Of a stretch of 49,060 bases of DNA, positions 8,878-18,317 are shown in pieces (the first letter of the stretch is position 1; the number at the start of each line of letters is the position of its first letter). The stretch comes from Pseudobdellovibrionaceae bacterium (GTDB lineage Bacteria > Bdellovibrionota > Bdellovibrionia > Bdellovibrionales > Bdellovibrionaceae). The notes beneath the pieces are model-generated. The model did not search any database, had not been told where the DNA came from, and saw nothing but the letters and a program-made list of their open reading frames with translations. The translations under genes were made by a program, and so were the position numbers. The stretch is taken from contig JBIKLL010000014.1 of NCBI GenBank assembly GCA_044359815.1, forward strand, positions 1 through 49,060, read 5' to 3'.

Positions 8878-10474
8878 TTAATTTACCCTCTGCGCTTTCC
8901 AGTGCTGGCAGGCCAAAAAATGGAGTGGCTTTACTGTACAATTGTTCGTTGTTTTTCAATTGAACTTCGGATTTCCAATATCTTTCGTGAAATTTTCTGA
9001 AATGACCAACAACAGTGGGAATAGTTATGTAATAACTGTTAACCATGTTTTTAGTGAAATTCACTGCTGTGAACTCACCCCCACCTGTGTAAACAGCCAC
9101 GGGCGTATTTTCCCTGAACAATAAAAAATAATTGGCATTAAAAATTTGCTGATCCTGCGAATTGGTTTCAAAAAACCGAGCATAGGCCCCTCGGGAAGCC
9201 AGATCCTCGATAAACAGCCATTCTCGAGTATCAATGCGCGATGGGTGGTTGGGATTTTTTTGCCTGTAGTACATATCATCATCCAGCAAAAATCTGATTT
9301 CGGGCCGCGTTTTTTCATAAAGTCTGTTTTTAAGGGCCGCGTTCATGCGGTTATAAAAAAATCTGTGCGCCCCAATCCAAATTCGCTGAGCATTTTTGAT
9401 ACCCGGGAACGCTCCATAACCAGATTCCAGAAACTTCCAGGCCGATTTACCTGTGCTGCCGTTATCCAGCTTGCCATCATCACGGTTTTGGCCTTCGCCG
9501 GGTGCAAAGAACGCTTTGATGTCCTTTTCCTCATACACGCCCTTGTCGGCCAGATAATTTCGGCAGGCTTTGATGGATTTCATAAATGAAACTCGGTCTG
9601 TGCCTGTGGGGTCTTCCCACACAGAATTATACACACACAAATGCAACTGCGAAAAATAAGCTCCAGCGGCGGTCGTGATAAAATTCCAATTTTCAAAATT
9701 AATCACAGGGCCATTTGCCAGATTGCCGTTAAAAATACTGATTCTGAATTTATCATCATCGGCAAACTGGGTCTTCCAATCCTGGTTGATGTTAAGCTCT
9801 TTATTAAGCACCATAAACATTTTTATGTTGTAATAGCCTAAACCATTTTCCAGACCGCGGATTTTGTAATTAACCCTTTGGGGATTGCAGCGCTTAAGCT
9901 CTTCTGCGACGGAGGTGTCCTCGGACACTGACATTATAAACGAAACATTGATTTCGTTTTTACGGGTGCGTTCGCAAAGGGCCTTTTTGATGGCTTGGTT
10001 TCGAAACGACAGCGAGCTAAAAATAATTTCTTTGGCATTAGGGTCGTTGATCCATTCAAGCATTCTAAACTGCGGGCTTTTGTGATTGTCGCCCGAGGAA
10101 ATCAAATCATTTTGGCTTCTACAAAAAATATTGTGCGGTTTTGATTTTAGCGCTGTGCCTTTGATCGATTTAACAGATGAGGTGTAAGAATATTTTTTGC
10201 AACTGGGTTCTGAAAACAAAACTTCAAAATAAGTGTCTTTGGTAATGTTGCTGTCGTCCCTATATTTAGTGTTCATCAACGTGATTCCACCGCTCATAGT
10301 GCTGGTGGATTCGGTGATGACAGCGGTTGCTGAAATCACAGGTTCATCGGATTGGTTTTCTGCAGAATCTGATAAGGGTTGATCGACAACATCTTGAGTG
10401 GGTGCGCTGGAACAACCTGTGATCACCAAAAATATTAGTGGGCTTACACATAATCTTAACAAAACATTGTTCAT
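8864..10474 (-). CDS. Lipoprotein with two phospholipase-D/nuclease-fold domains and degenerate HKD motifs
   Basis: Lipobox VITGC; PLD-like layout with GYYNIKMFMV...NGNL...NFENWNFI and QIFNANYFLL...TGGGEFT...NMVNSYYI. Start placed at ATG 10474 (ORF extends to 10513). Confidence 0.65.
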   Translation of the reverse strand: MNNVLLRLCVSPLIFLVITGCSSAPTQDVVDQPLSDSAENQSDEPVISATAVITESTSTMSGGITLMNTKYRDDSNITKDTYFEVLFSEPSCKKYSYTSSVKSIKGTALKSKPHNIFCRSQNDLISSGDNHKSPQFRMLEWINDPNAKEIIFSSLSFRNQAIKKALCERTRKNEINVSFIMSVSEDTSVAEELKRCNPQRVNYKIRGLENGLGYYNIKMFMVLNKELNINQDWKTQFADDDKFRISIFNGNLANGPVINFENWNFITTAAGAYFSQLHLCVYNSVWEDPTGTDRVSFMKSIKACRNYLADKGVYEEKDIKAFFAPGEGQNRDDGKLDNGSTGKSAWKFLESGYGAFPGIKNAQRIWIGAHRFFYNRMNAALKNRLYEKTRPEIRFLLDDDMYYRQKNPNHPSRIDTREWLFIEDLASRGAYARFFETNSQDQQIFNANYFLLFRENTPVAVYTGGGEFTAVNFTKNMVNSYYITIPTVVGHFRKFHERYWKSEVQLKNNEQLYSKATPFFGLPALESAEGKLNDGE

Positions 10475-10614
10475 CAAAATTAGTTTTTCATTATAGCCTT
10501 GCGTTATCAACACAAATTAAAAGATCACAGGATTTTTTGACCCTTTCAAAAAATTGATTCCGAGATTTTAAGTCTCTGCTTTTTGTCCAAATGAATTTTA
10601 GATCACTCTAGCAC

Positions 10615-10631
10615 TTGGTCCAACACTTGCT
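10615..10631 (+). promoter_or_regulatory. Candidate sigma54 (-24/-12) promoter for the 10713 gene
   Basis: TTGGTCCAACACTTGCT has the GG-N10-GC spacing with TTGC. Confidence 0.45.
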
Positions 10632-10712
10632 TTTCAAAATGCCAAAACCATCACCACAATGAAGTAGTGATCTAACTGCCAGGGATAATACCGGGCGACA
10701 TAGGGGGACCAA

Positions 10713-11120
10713 ATGAATTCAAAATTTTTTACAGCCGCTTTAGCAACAGCAACAATGACAATCTTACCAATGATGGCTTCAGCCGGTGATCAAAGACCCG
10801 AGGAAAAAGAAGTCGTTGTAGGCATCAGTGATGCTTTGGTGCCAGGTGGTTTTGACAGTCAAACAGATGCATATGTGATTGAGTCAGGCGTGTTTCCAAA
10901 TGGTTGTTACAAATGGAAGCGTGCAGACGTTACGAATCCAAAAGCGAACCTGCTAGAAATTCGCACGATCGCTTCTGTCAGTCAGGGCATGTGCCTGATG
11001 GTTTTAGTTCCGTTTACTAAAGAGGTTAAATTGGGAAGACTCTCTGCTGGAACCCACACTCTGCGTTTTATAAATGGTGATGGCACTTATTTAGAACGTA
11101 CAGTGTCAGTAGAAGAATAG
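10713..11120 (+). CDS. Small secreted beta-rich hypothetical protein with a Cys pair
   Basis: AGGGGG RBS; signal peptide ending ASA; FPNGCY and MCLMVLVPF. Confidence 0.8.
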   Translation: MNSKFFTAALATATMTILPMMASAGDQRPEEKEVVVGISDALVPGGFDSQTDAYVIESGVFPNGCYKWKRADVTNPKANLLEIRTIASVSQGMCLMVLVPFTKEVKLGRLSAGTHTLRFINGDGTYLERTVSVEE

Positions 11121-11204
11121 ATATTACCGTTAACCTACCCTCTGGGCCGTCTGTCTTGGTAGGCGGCCCTTTCCATTAATAATAATTTCTTGCTGGAGGG
11201 AACC

Positions 11205-12548
11205 ATGAGAATTTTATTTTTAGTTCTATTAATCGCAGGATGCTCAAAACCACCACACATTGAATCTGTAAATTGGAATGGCCTTGGAGCCAAACCACAA
11301 ATCAATATGAAATCCATGCAGCCAGAATGGATCACTCAGGCTGGATCTGATCAAGTTCATTTTTATCAACAAAATGTCAATGGCGCTTGGGTTGAAGGAT
11401 CATTTGTTAAAGAGCTGAAAAAATCCGACAACCAAACAAAATACCTGATGGCCGAATACGCTAGCCGTGTCCCCAAAAAATCCAGAGACAAAATCGAAAC
11501 TATGTTGGAAAGATCTCCGACCGTAGTCCCCGAGCTAATGAATCGGGATTCAAGATTTAAAAAATATAAATTTGATGGACCACCGACTGTCGTCATCGTG
11601 CCAGAAAATGATTTTGATGTTTTTTGGAAGCTTGTGTTTTTTGATGAACAAGGTCTGGGACATTCTGTCCTGGTCAGCCAAAATTATGTTTTATCCAACG
11701 AACAACCCGTAGGGTCGTCGTTTCATGAAGCCTCTGCTTGGGTTTATCCCGAGGGCCCAAAAGCTAGCGAATTAAAAGAGGTCACCCTGGATGATTTAAC
11801 CGGTGACGGATCATTAACATCAGCCAGCTTGTCGGTGGTCACAGAATCTGTAAACAAGGCCCGCGAGGAAAATCAGCAGTTCAAATTTTCGCCTAATGAT
11901 GAGAAATTTGACCAGGTTCAGATGTATTTTTATGTGGACAAGGCACTGAGCTTTTTCAAAGACAAGCTAAAGGTCACCATGCCCTTTGCTATCAGAGGAG
12001 TTTCTTCGCTGGGGTTTCCAGAAAAAACAAATTCTGCTTTTTATTATTCTGGGCAAATCAGACTCGGCGCCGGGGATGATGTGACATTTAGCAAGATCCC
12101 TCAGGATCCATCGATTGTAATCCACGAAACCTGTCACGCATTGATAGAGGCTTTGGCAAAGCTGCCCTATCAGGGTGAGGGCGGATCGCTGAATGAAGGC
12201 TTTTCGGATTTTTTTACGACAGTGTTATTAAAAAATCCAAAACTGGGAGAAGCTTCGTATAAAAAGGGCCCCTTTAAACGAACTGTTGAAAATGACAAAA
12301 AAGTTTCGGATAAGAAAGGCGCTTTGTATGCTGACAGCGGTATCGTCAGCGGAACGCTGTGGGAAATTTATCAAAAACTGGGTCAGGAAAAATCTTTGCA
12401 GTTTGCCCTGGATGTTTTGACCAGACTGGGACCTAATTCGAATTTTGAACAAACAGGAATGGTTTTTAAAGATTTGCTGAACACCGAATATGCCAACAAA
12501 GACCAAGAAGTTTTAAAAACTGTGCTAAAGGAAAGAGGATGGCTTTAA
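11205..12548 (+). CDS. Thermolysin-like (M4/M36) zinc metalloprotease lipoprotein
   Basis: GGAGG RBS before ATG 11205; lipobox LIAGC; NSAFY, HETCH (HExxH), GGSLNEGFSD. Confidence 0.88.
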   Translation: MRILFLVLLIAGCSKPPHIESVNWNGLGAKPQINMKSMQPEWITQAGSDQVHFYQQNVNGAWVEGSFVKELKKSDNQTKYLMAEYASRVPKKSRDKIETMLERSPTVVPELMNRDSRFKKYKFDGPPTVVIVPENDFDVFWKLVFFDEQGLGHSVLVSQNYVLSNEQPVGSSFHEASAWVYPEGPKASELKEVTLDDLTGDGSLTSASLSVVTESVNKAREENQQFKFSPNDEKFDQVQMYFYVDKALSFFKDKLKVTMPFAIRGVSSLGFPEKTNSAFYYSGQIRLGAGDDVTFSKIPQDPSIVIHETCHALIEALAKLPYQGEGGSLNEGFSDFFTTVLLKNPKLGEASYKKGPFKRTVENDKKVSDKKGALYADSGIVSGTLWEIYQKLGQEKSLQFALDVLTRLGPNSNFEQTGMVFKDLLNTEYANKDQEVLKTVLKERGWL

Positions 12549-13000
12549 TATTTTTGGTAGTTTTAGGAATGTTGTCGCCAAACACGCAGGCAGCTGATTG
12601 GCGCAGTAAAAATCAGTTTTGGACAGCTAATCCATCGGCCCCCCTAGGCGAATGGCAGTATTACGGATTTATCTATGATGGCAGGCAATACCCGGCACCC
12701 GATCCCAGTTTGTATTTGTCGTTCACGTTTTTCCCCACCCGAGTGGTCAGATTGTACTGGAAAAGATCAGATGAAGATTTTTTTTGCGAACGATTGGCTT
12801 CGTACAAAATCAAAGACAACGTCATCGTGCAAAAAATCATTTGGGTGAATCCCAAGAATCATCAAAGCTGTGGCAATGATCCCGACATGCAAATGGGTCG
12901 GGAAACCGAAAACCAATTGCTGTGGGACCAACATAAAATGCAATTATTTTTAGAGCTCAGCGGAAAGCCGCTGATATATCTGTTGAACCGAGTTTTATAA
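12539..13000 (+). CDS. Secreted hypothetical protein, lipocalin-like
   Basis: Signal peptide ending TQA; LGEWQY motif; overlaps the protease gene. Confidence 0.6.
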   Translation: MALIFLVVLGMLSPNTQAADWRSKNQFWTANPSAPLGEWQYYGFIYDGRQYPAPDPSLYLSFTFFPTRVVRLYWKRSDEDFFCERLASYKIKDNVIVQKIIWVNPKNHQSCGNDPDMQMGRETENQLLWDQHKMQLFLELSGKPLIYLLNRVL

Positions 13001-13924
13001 AGTTCGTACCGGACGGCAATTAACAGCGCCTTTTAGTGAGCTGACTTTGTCCTGATCACATTCAAAATTAATTTCCAGTCTGTCAGCTTTGCGGGTTGCA
13101 GTCATTGCACATTCGCCTTCGTTAAATGCTGTGACCTCGGTCATCGTTTGGTCAGAATTTGATTCCAGCAAACGGATGGTGTGAACTTTTACGGGCTCTT
13201 CTGATTTCGCCAATTCAAAAACATCGCTGTCCAGTTCAAATCTGAGCTGACGCTGTCCCTGATCAGTCACAGCCTGCAGAATGTTTCTGGTTTTTAGTTT
13301 CAATGGATTGATTTCTGGTTCTGATTCTTTTCTGATCAATGAACAAGAATCACCCACAGATCCTGAGCTGGTTTGAACTTGGATGGGCTTTTCGTCAGCA
13401 GACAGTTCTGCGTTAAAGCTGATGTTTGCACTGTTAGGGTTTAATAATTCGACTTTGGATTTTGCATACATATCATCTGTGATTTTTGAAAGCCTAAGGG
13501 TTTTAACATCATTGCCTGAGGTTTTTTGGATTCTGAGGATTTGCAAATCGCCTTCATTGACCAAGTCTAACAAACGGTAGTGAGTGTCGGCACTGTCGCC
13601 TTTGATATGAAACAGATTGATCCCAACCATTTCAAATTCGGCGGTTTCAAGTTTTGAAATCGTAATATTTTGATTGGTGATAGAGGTTCCAATGACTGTG
13701 GGTGTGTCGCTGGTTTTCTCGATGCGGTTTTTATCAAAAGAATAAATTTGAGCTGTGCCTTGGGGTGACAGTTTAGATTCGCCATTGATTTCTGTGGATA
13801 CCAATTGCCATTTACCAGAAAAATTGATTTCAGCTATAGGAGTGGCTTCGTCCTTGGTACAAGCGGTCATCGCAAATGCGATAGTCATGCAGATTAACGA
13901 TGCGATCAGTAGCGGCGATTTCAT
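12995..13924 (-). CDS. Lipoprotein with an N-terminal lipocalin-like domain
   Basis: AGGAG RBS before MKSPLL; lipobox MTAC; FSGKWQLVS motif. Confidence 0.65.
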   Translation of the reverse strand: MKSPLLIASLICMTIAFAMTACTKDEATPIAEINFSGKWQLVSTEINGESKLSPQGTAQIYSFDKNRIEKTSDTPTVIGTSITNQNITISKLETAEFEMVGINLFHIKGDSADTHYRLLDLVNEGDLQILRIQKTSGNDVKTLRLSKITDDMYAKSKVELLNPNSANISFNAELSADEKPIQVQTSSGSVGDSCSLIRKESEPEINPLKLKTRNILQAVTDQGQRQLRFELDSDVFELAKSEEPVKVHTIRLLESNSDQTMTEVTAFNEGECAMTATRKADRLEINFECDQDKVSSLKGAVNCRPVRTL

Positions 13925-14131
13925 GGTAACTCTCCTGTTTAAAGGTGATCGCATCATACTGAATATTTTTTAAAGCCAACAGTTGCGAAATATTGTCACT
14001 GTTGTCAAAAATCTGATCAATGGGAATTTATTTGGCGGGATTATCAATGATTTGCAAGTTTGCGTGGATTTTTGCCTGTCAAAACAGTTGTCATGTAAGC
14101 AGGTAAAAAAGTGCTGGTTTGGTGGCTGGGA

Positions 14132-16639
14132 TTACTGAGAACTGTCAGATTCTGAAGAGGATGTTGTCGCAGGAACAACCGCAGTTGGATTTAATGCTCT
14201 CCTAATGTCATTGTTAAAGCATTGAAGTGCGCTTAGTTTACTGCTCCCATTTTCAGCTTGTGCTCGGCTAATGCAATTATCCAGTTTCGCATTTACATCG
14301 TCTTGGGCTAGCTTTTCAGAATTTTCATCTAACATGGCAAATATTCTTTTCTCAAGAGACAAGATCTGACTATTATCCTCTGGCTTTGTGACTAACACTG
14401 AGGTTTTTTGCGCAATAGTAACCTTGGCCAAACTGACATTAAGTTTTGGTGCACCAGTACTGGCCAATGTTCTTTCGGGATTAGTTTGATCAGTTGATGA
14501 ACCCTGACCATTTGCAGCAGTGGCAGATGATCTCCCTCTTCTACTTTTAGTAGTACCTTTTGATCCCGCAGATGCACTAAAACCAAATACAGAATTTGTA
14601 CCAGAAGCCTGTCCAGAACTTGAACCAGCCTGCGGTCGTCCCGGCTGTGGCAATGATCCCGAACCGTTAGCTACTGTTGGATTTCTGGAATTGTTTGAAT
14701 TTCGGCTGTTACCTTTTGAACTGTCACTTGTAATTGGTGCTGATAAACTGGAAGTGGATGAATCCCTGGTACTGGTGATTGGGCTGGCGTTAGTTAATTT
14801 TCCACCAGCATTAAAATCAGCTAAACTTCTGGTTGCTGACCTAGAACTACCGCTTGAAGGAGTACCAATTGCAGACCCTGTTGTTGATCCACCGTTCAAT
14901 CCTCCGCTAGCTGCCGAAGATCCCGCTGCAGCACCTGCAGGCGCTGAAGCTGGAGTCGCTGCTGGTGTCGCATTTGGTGCCGAAGCTCCGCCTGATACTG
15001 GATAATTAGGATTTCCATAAAATTTTTGAATAACTCCGCCATAAACTACTTTCAGCTGGTCGGATTCTTCCTTAGTGATTCGCATACCGTTGATCATCTT
15101 CATAAATGTAACGTCATCCAAATCTTTATCTTTGATCAAATCACAAACCAGGTCGGCCTTTTTATTGGTATCAAAGCAAAAATAAGCTTTTGCTTCCCTT
15201 TCAGTTTTACTTACAAACGCAAGGATTGCATTGTGGTTAATGTCAGCTCTGAGTTTCTCTATTTTTCTTTGTAATTCTTTATTTTCTAAAGATGTCGCTT
15301 GTTCTTTTCGCAATTCTTTATTAGACCCCATTAATGACTGAGGTGATAATGTCGGATCCAGTTTTCTTTTTGGATCTACTGGGCTTTGATTCATTGATCT
15401 ACCAGCGGACGCTTCTTTAAAAACAGACTGAACTTCGCTACCGTTTGCAATAAAACCAATATGTTGATGAATAAAGTTAAAATCTACAGTCTTGTATGCG
15501 GCTTTCTGAATAAGGGCCTCTTGGATTTTATTTGCGGTTTCGGCATCTGATGTATCAATGGCATCACCAGATCTAGTCAATCCAGAGGTTCCCGTAAAAT
15601 TACCCCTAGCCAAAGTTGAAAATAAAGCATCTAAAGCATGAATATCTGAGGATATGGAAAGTGCTTTAATCTTATCAGCAAATTTTTGATTGTTTTTAGG
15701 ATCTAACAACCATTGATTACCGACTTTTTTGGACCAACCGTACCAACTCGAGAATCCTAATAAAATTCTATCGGAACGTTCACTAATGCAGTTTTTGCTT
15801 TGAATTGAGTTTACTAATTCTTTGTAGTCGATTTTTTGTCTTTCAATTCCTTGAACAGAACCCTTTTCGCCCTGGCAGACTTTTGCCAGTTCTTTACCGT
15901 TTTTACCTTTTCTTCCAGTCAGACGAAATGACTGGTAACTGGTTTCTTCCAAAATTTGTTCAATTGTCTTTTCGCCATTAGCAGGCTTTGCCGCTGTACT
16001 GGCTGGGGCTCCGGCCGGCGTAGATCCAGCTAATTCAGGTGCATTAGCTGCAACTGCTTGTTGATTCAATCCCATCAAAGCATAAAAAGGTGCTTGTAAA
16101 AACGGAAACATTTTTGCTGTCTTAAAAACAGGCTCGATCTGAGATAGCAATTCATTGATTTTTTTAAGATCTAAATTCTTGGACGAAATCGTAGAATAGG
16201 TGATCGCAAACAATTTGCCTTTATGAACAAAAACCTGCTCGAGGTTTTGCATCACTAAAAAATCATCGATATTTAAACGACTGGACACACTAATGACCGA
16301 ACCCATTTTTTGATGATTGTTTTTGGTGATTTTATTAATCTGAAAATTAGTGAATGCAAATTCCTTTATACTGGATGATCTGATTTTTTGAACTGTCATT
16401 TGGTGTAAATACAGTTCACTAAAAAACTGTGCTTCCTCACTATTAACATCAAATGAATGCACTGAAACGTATTGGGGGATTTGCAGTTCGGCATCGACAT
16501 TGATAAATGTCGTCAGGTCAGATTCGTTGATCATCATTTTCCATGATGAATCCAGTTTCACTGAAAAATCAGGGTTAACACCGGCATAAGCTGGTTGCAC
16601 TGATAATGCTGCTAAAACTATAAATCCCAGAATTTTCAA
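14132..16639 (-). CDS. Large secreted hypothetical protein (835 aa) with a long Ser/Gly/Ala-rich disordered region
   Basis: GAGGGG RBS, TTG start, signal peptide ending AYA; low-complexity region about aa 550-730; Cys pairs. Confidence 0.8.
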   Translation of the reverse strand: MKILGFIVLAALSVQPAYAGVNPDFSVKLDSSWKMMINESDLTTFINVDAELQIPQYVSVHSFDVNSEEAQFFSELYLHQMTVQKIRSSSIKEFAFTNFQINKITKNNHQKMGSVISVSSRLNIDDFLVMQNLEQVFVHKGKLFAITYSTISSKNLDLKKINELLSQIEPVFKTAKMFPFLQAPFYALMGLNQQAVAANAPELAGSTPAGAPASTAAKPANGEKTIEQILEETSYQSFRLTGRKGKNGKELAKVCQGEKGSVQGIERQKIDYKELVNSIQSKNCISERSDRILLGFSSWYGWSKKVGNQWLLDPKNNQKFADKIKALSISSDIHALDALFSTLARGNFTGTSGLTRSGDAIDTSDAETANKIQEALIQKAAYKTVDFNFIHQHIGFIANGSEVQSVFKEASAGRSMNQSPVDPKRKLDPTLSPQSLMGSNKELRKEQATSLENKELQRKIEKLRADINHNAILAFVSKTEREAKAYFCFDTNKKADLVCDLIKDKDLDDVTFMKMINGMRITKEESDQLKVVYGGVIQKFYGNPNYPVSGGASAPNATPAATPASAPAGAAAGSSAASGGLNGGSTTGSAIGTPSSGSSRSATRSLADFNAGGKLTNASPITSTRDSSTSSLSAPITSDSSKGNSRNSNNSRNPTVANGSGSLPQPGRPQAGSSSGQASGTNSVFGFSASAGSKGTTKSRRGRSSATAANGQGSSTDQTNPERTLASTGAPKLNVSLAKVTIAQKTSVLVTKPEDNSQILSLEKRIFAMLDENSEKLAQDDVNAKLDNCISRAQAENGSSKLSALQCFNNDIRRALNPTAVVPATTSSSESDSSQ

Positions 16640-16667
16640 TTGAATCCCCTCTTTACATACACCCTAG

Positions 16668-16696
16668 TTATCGGCACATTGCCCGTCCCAAGTTAA
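16668..16696 (-). promoter_or_regulatory. Candidate sigma28/FliA promoter for the 835-aa gene
   Basis: Minus strand reads TTAAC-N16-GCCGATAA, about 30 nt upstream of the start codon. Confidence 0.6.
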
Positions 16697-17161
16697 CCCT
16701 GTGACTGAACAATTATGTCGCTAATAACTTATTCCCCTAGACCTTGGCCCATTAAATCCATCCAAGACCTATCTATCCGAATACAAAGCAAAAGGCGTAC
16801 AACCATGAAGGCTTATTTAAACCCCAATGGCGCAAAAACACTGTCCAAAAAAAACACACTTGCAAATGATCTGCTTTACATCGGTTTTAAAAATACAGTT
16901 CCTTTCTGCCCATGAAACCATGCTTGAATTGCCAGACGTTGAGCCAGGTACATATAACTTTCAGTACTGATTCTATGGTTCCACCTACTAATTTGAAGTC
17001 TTAGTCCGTATCAAAATGAGATTTTTTGCGCCTGCCCGTTCGCTCCAAATGGGTCATTAAATCCCCACAAAGCCCTCTGGTTTCATCAGGTTACAGCTGG
17101 CTGCGGGCACTAAATTTGTACTGCATATCCGTTAACACAAAACCTTACCAAGGAGTTAACA

Positions 17162-17569
17162 ATGAAAGCCATTCCAACGATTCAAAAATTTATGACTACG
17201 ACGCCTCACTCAATCAATTACGAAGCCCCGTTGGAAGAAGCCATTAAATTAATGGAGAAAAACAAATTCAGACATCTGCCTGTTATCAAAAACGGTGAAG
17301 CTTTTGGTTTGTTAAGTGATCGCGATGTTAAAAATCTGCTGACATTTGCGGGAACTAATCCCAAAACCACAAAGGTCGGCGATGTTTGTGGTGATGAACC
17401 CTATGTCACTAAACCCCAAGCCCCAATCAATGATGTGGCTGCAATCATGGCCGAGAAAAAATACGGTAGCGCTTTGGTCATGGACAACGGCAAATTAGTC
17501 GGGATCTTTACGTTGACTGATGCCTGCAAAGCCTTAGCAGAAATCGTTGAACAAAGATTTCACAATTAG
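17162..17569 (+). CDS. CBS-domain pair protein
   Basis: MTTTPHSI...FRHLPVI...GLLSDRD and YGSALVMDNGKLVGIFTLTD; AAGGAG RBS. Confidence 0.92.
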   Translation: MKAIPTIQKFMTTTPHSINYEAPLEEAIKLMEKNKFRHLPVIKNGEAFGLLSDRDVKNLLTFAGTNPKTTKVGDVCGDEPYVTKPQAPINDVAAIMAEKKYGSALVMDNGKLVGIFTLTDACKALAEIVEQRFHN

Positions 17570-17724
17570 TCTGACCAAGGTTTGGTTGCAGATTAGCAGT
17601 CTTAACGTTGAGCTAATTTTGCAACAGTGCGATCGGACCTGTTTGCTGGTGCAAGGTCCGGTTGCTGCCATTTAACGGTAAAAAACAATACGACCAAAAT
17701 GCTAATTGTCCTATACTGAAACCT

Positions 17725-18297
17725 ATGAATAATGTCGCAGCTTTAGAAGAAAAACGAATATTTCTGGTAGCCAGTAATTCCAAACAAAGATCAGATTTGT
17801 TCACTTATGTGATTCAAAAGCACATTGCCAGTGCCAAGATTTTTTATTCGCTGGATGGTGTTGATTGTATGTTTCGTATATCAAACCAGGTTCCGAATAT
17901 GTCGATCACCAGAGCTCTTAACTGGATCGCCAAGGGTGACAATAACGAATACCATTTGCGATTTTTAGTACCACGAGAAGTTTTGTTCAGACAGGGTCAG
18001 CCTGGTGATTGTGCTTATTTTGTCCGTAAGGGTGAACTGAAGGCTTACACCGGTACAGGTTTGGCTGAAAAAATGCTGGGCGAAATCAATGTTAATGAAT
18101 TCGTGGGTGAAATGGCTCATATCAATAACGAACCCAGATCAGCAACCGTCGAAGATATTTCGGATTGTGAACTGATTGAAATTCCATTTGGGACTTTGGA
18201 TTCGGTGTTGTTTTCAAAACCCGCATGGGCCAAGGCACTGGTAATGACATTATCCAGACGACTGAAAATGACCAATTCGAAAATAGTGAACGGTTAA
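17725..18297 (+). CDS. cNMP-binding domain protein with a truncated receiver-like N-terminus
   Basis: LFRQGQPGDCAYFVRKG...FVGEMA...PRSATV (Crp-type cNMP domain); start placed at MNNVAA. Confidence 0.8.
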   Translation: MNNVAALEEKRIFLVASNSKQRSDLFTYVIQKHIASAKIFYSLDGVDCMFRISNQVPNMSITRALNWIAKGDNNEYHLRFLVPREVLFRQGQPGDCAYFVRKGELKAYTGTGLAEKMLGEINVNEFVGEMAHINNEPRSATVEDISDCELIEIPFGTLDSVLFSKPAWAKALVMTLSRRLKMTNSKIVNG

Positions 18298-18317
18298 CCA
18301 GTTAAGAGGTAGTGCAT

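Noticed and set aside
14520..15005. 161-aa plus-strand ORF
   Set aside because: Antisense to the low-complexity Ser/Gly/Ala tract of the 835-aa gene.
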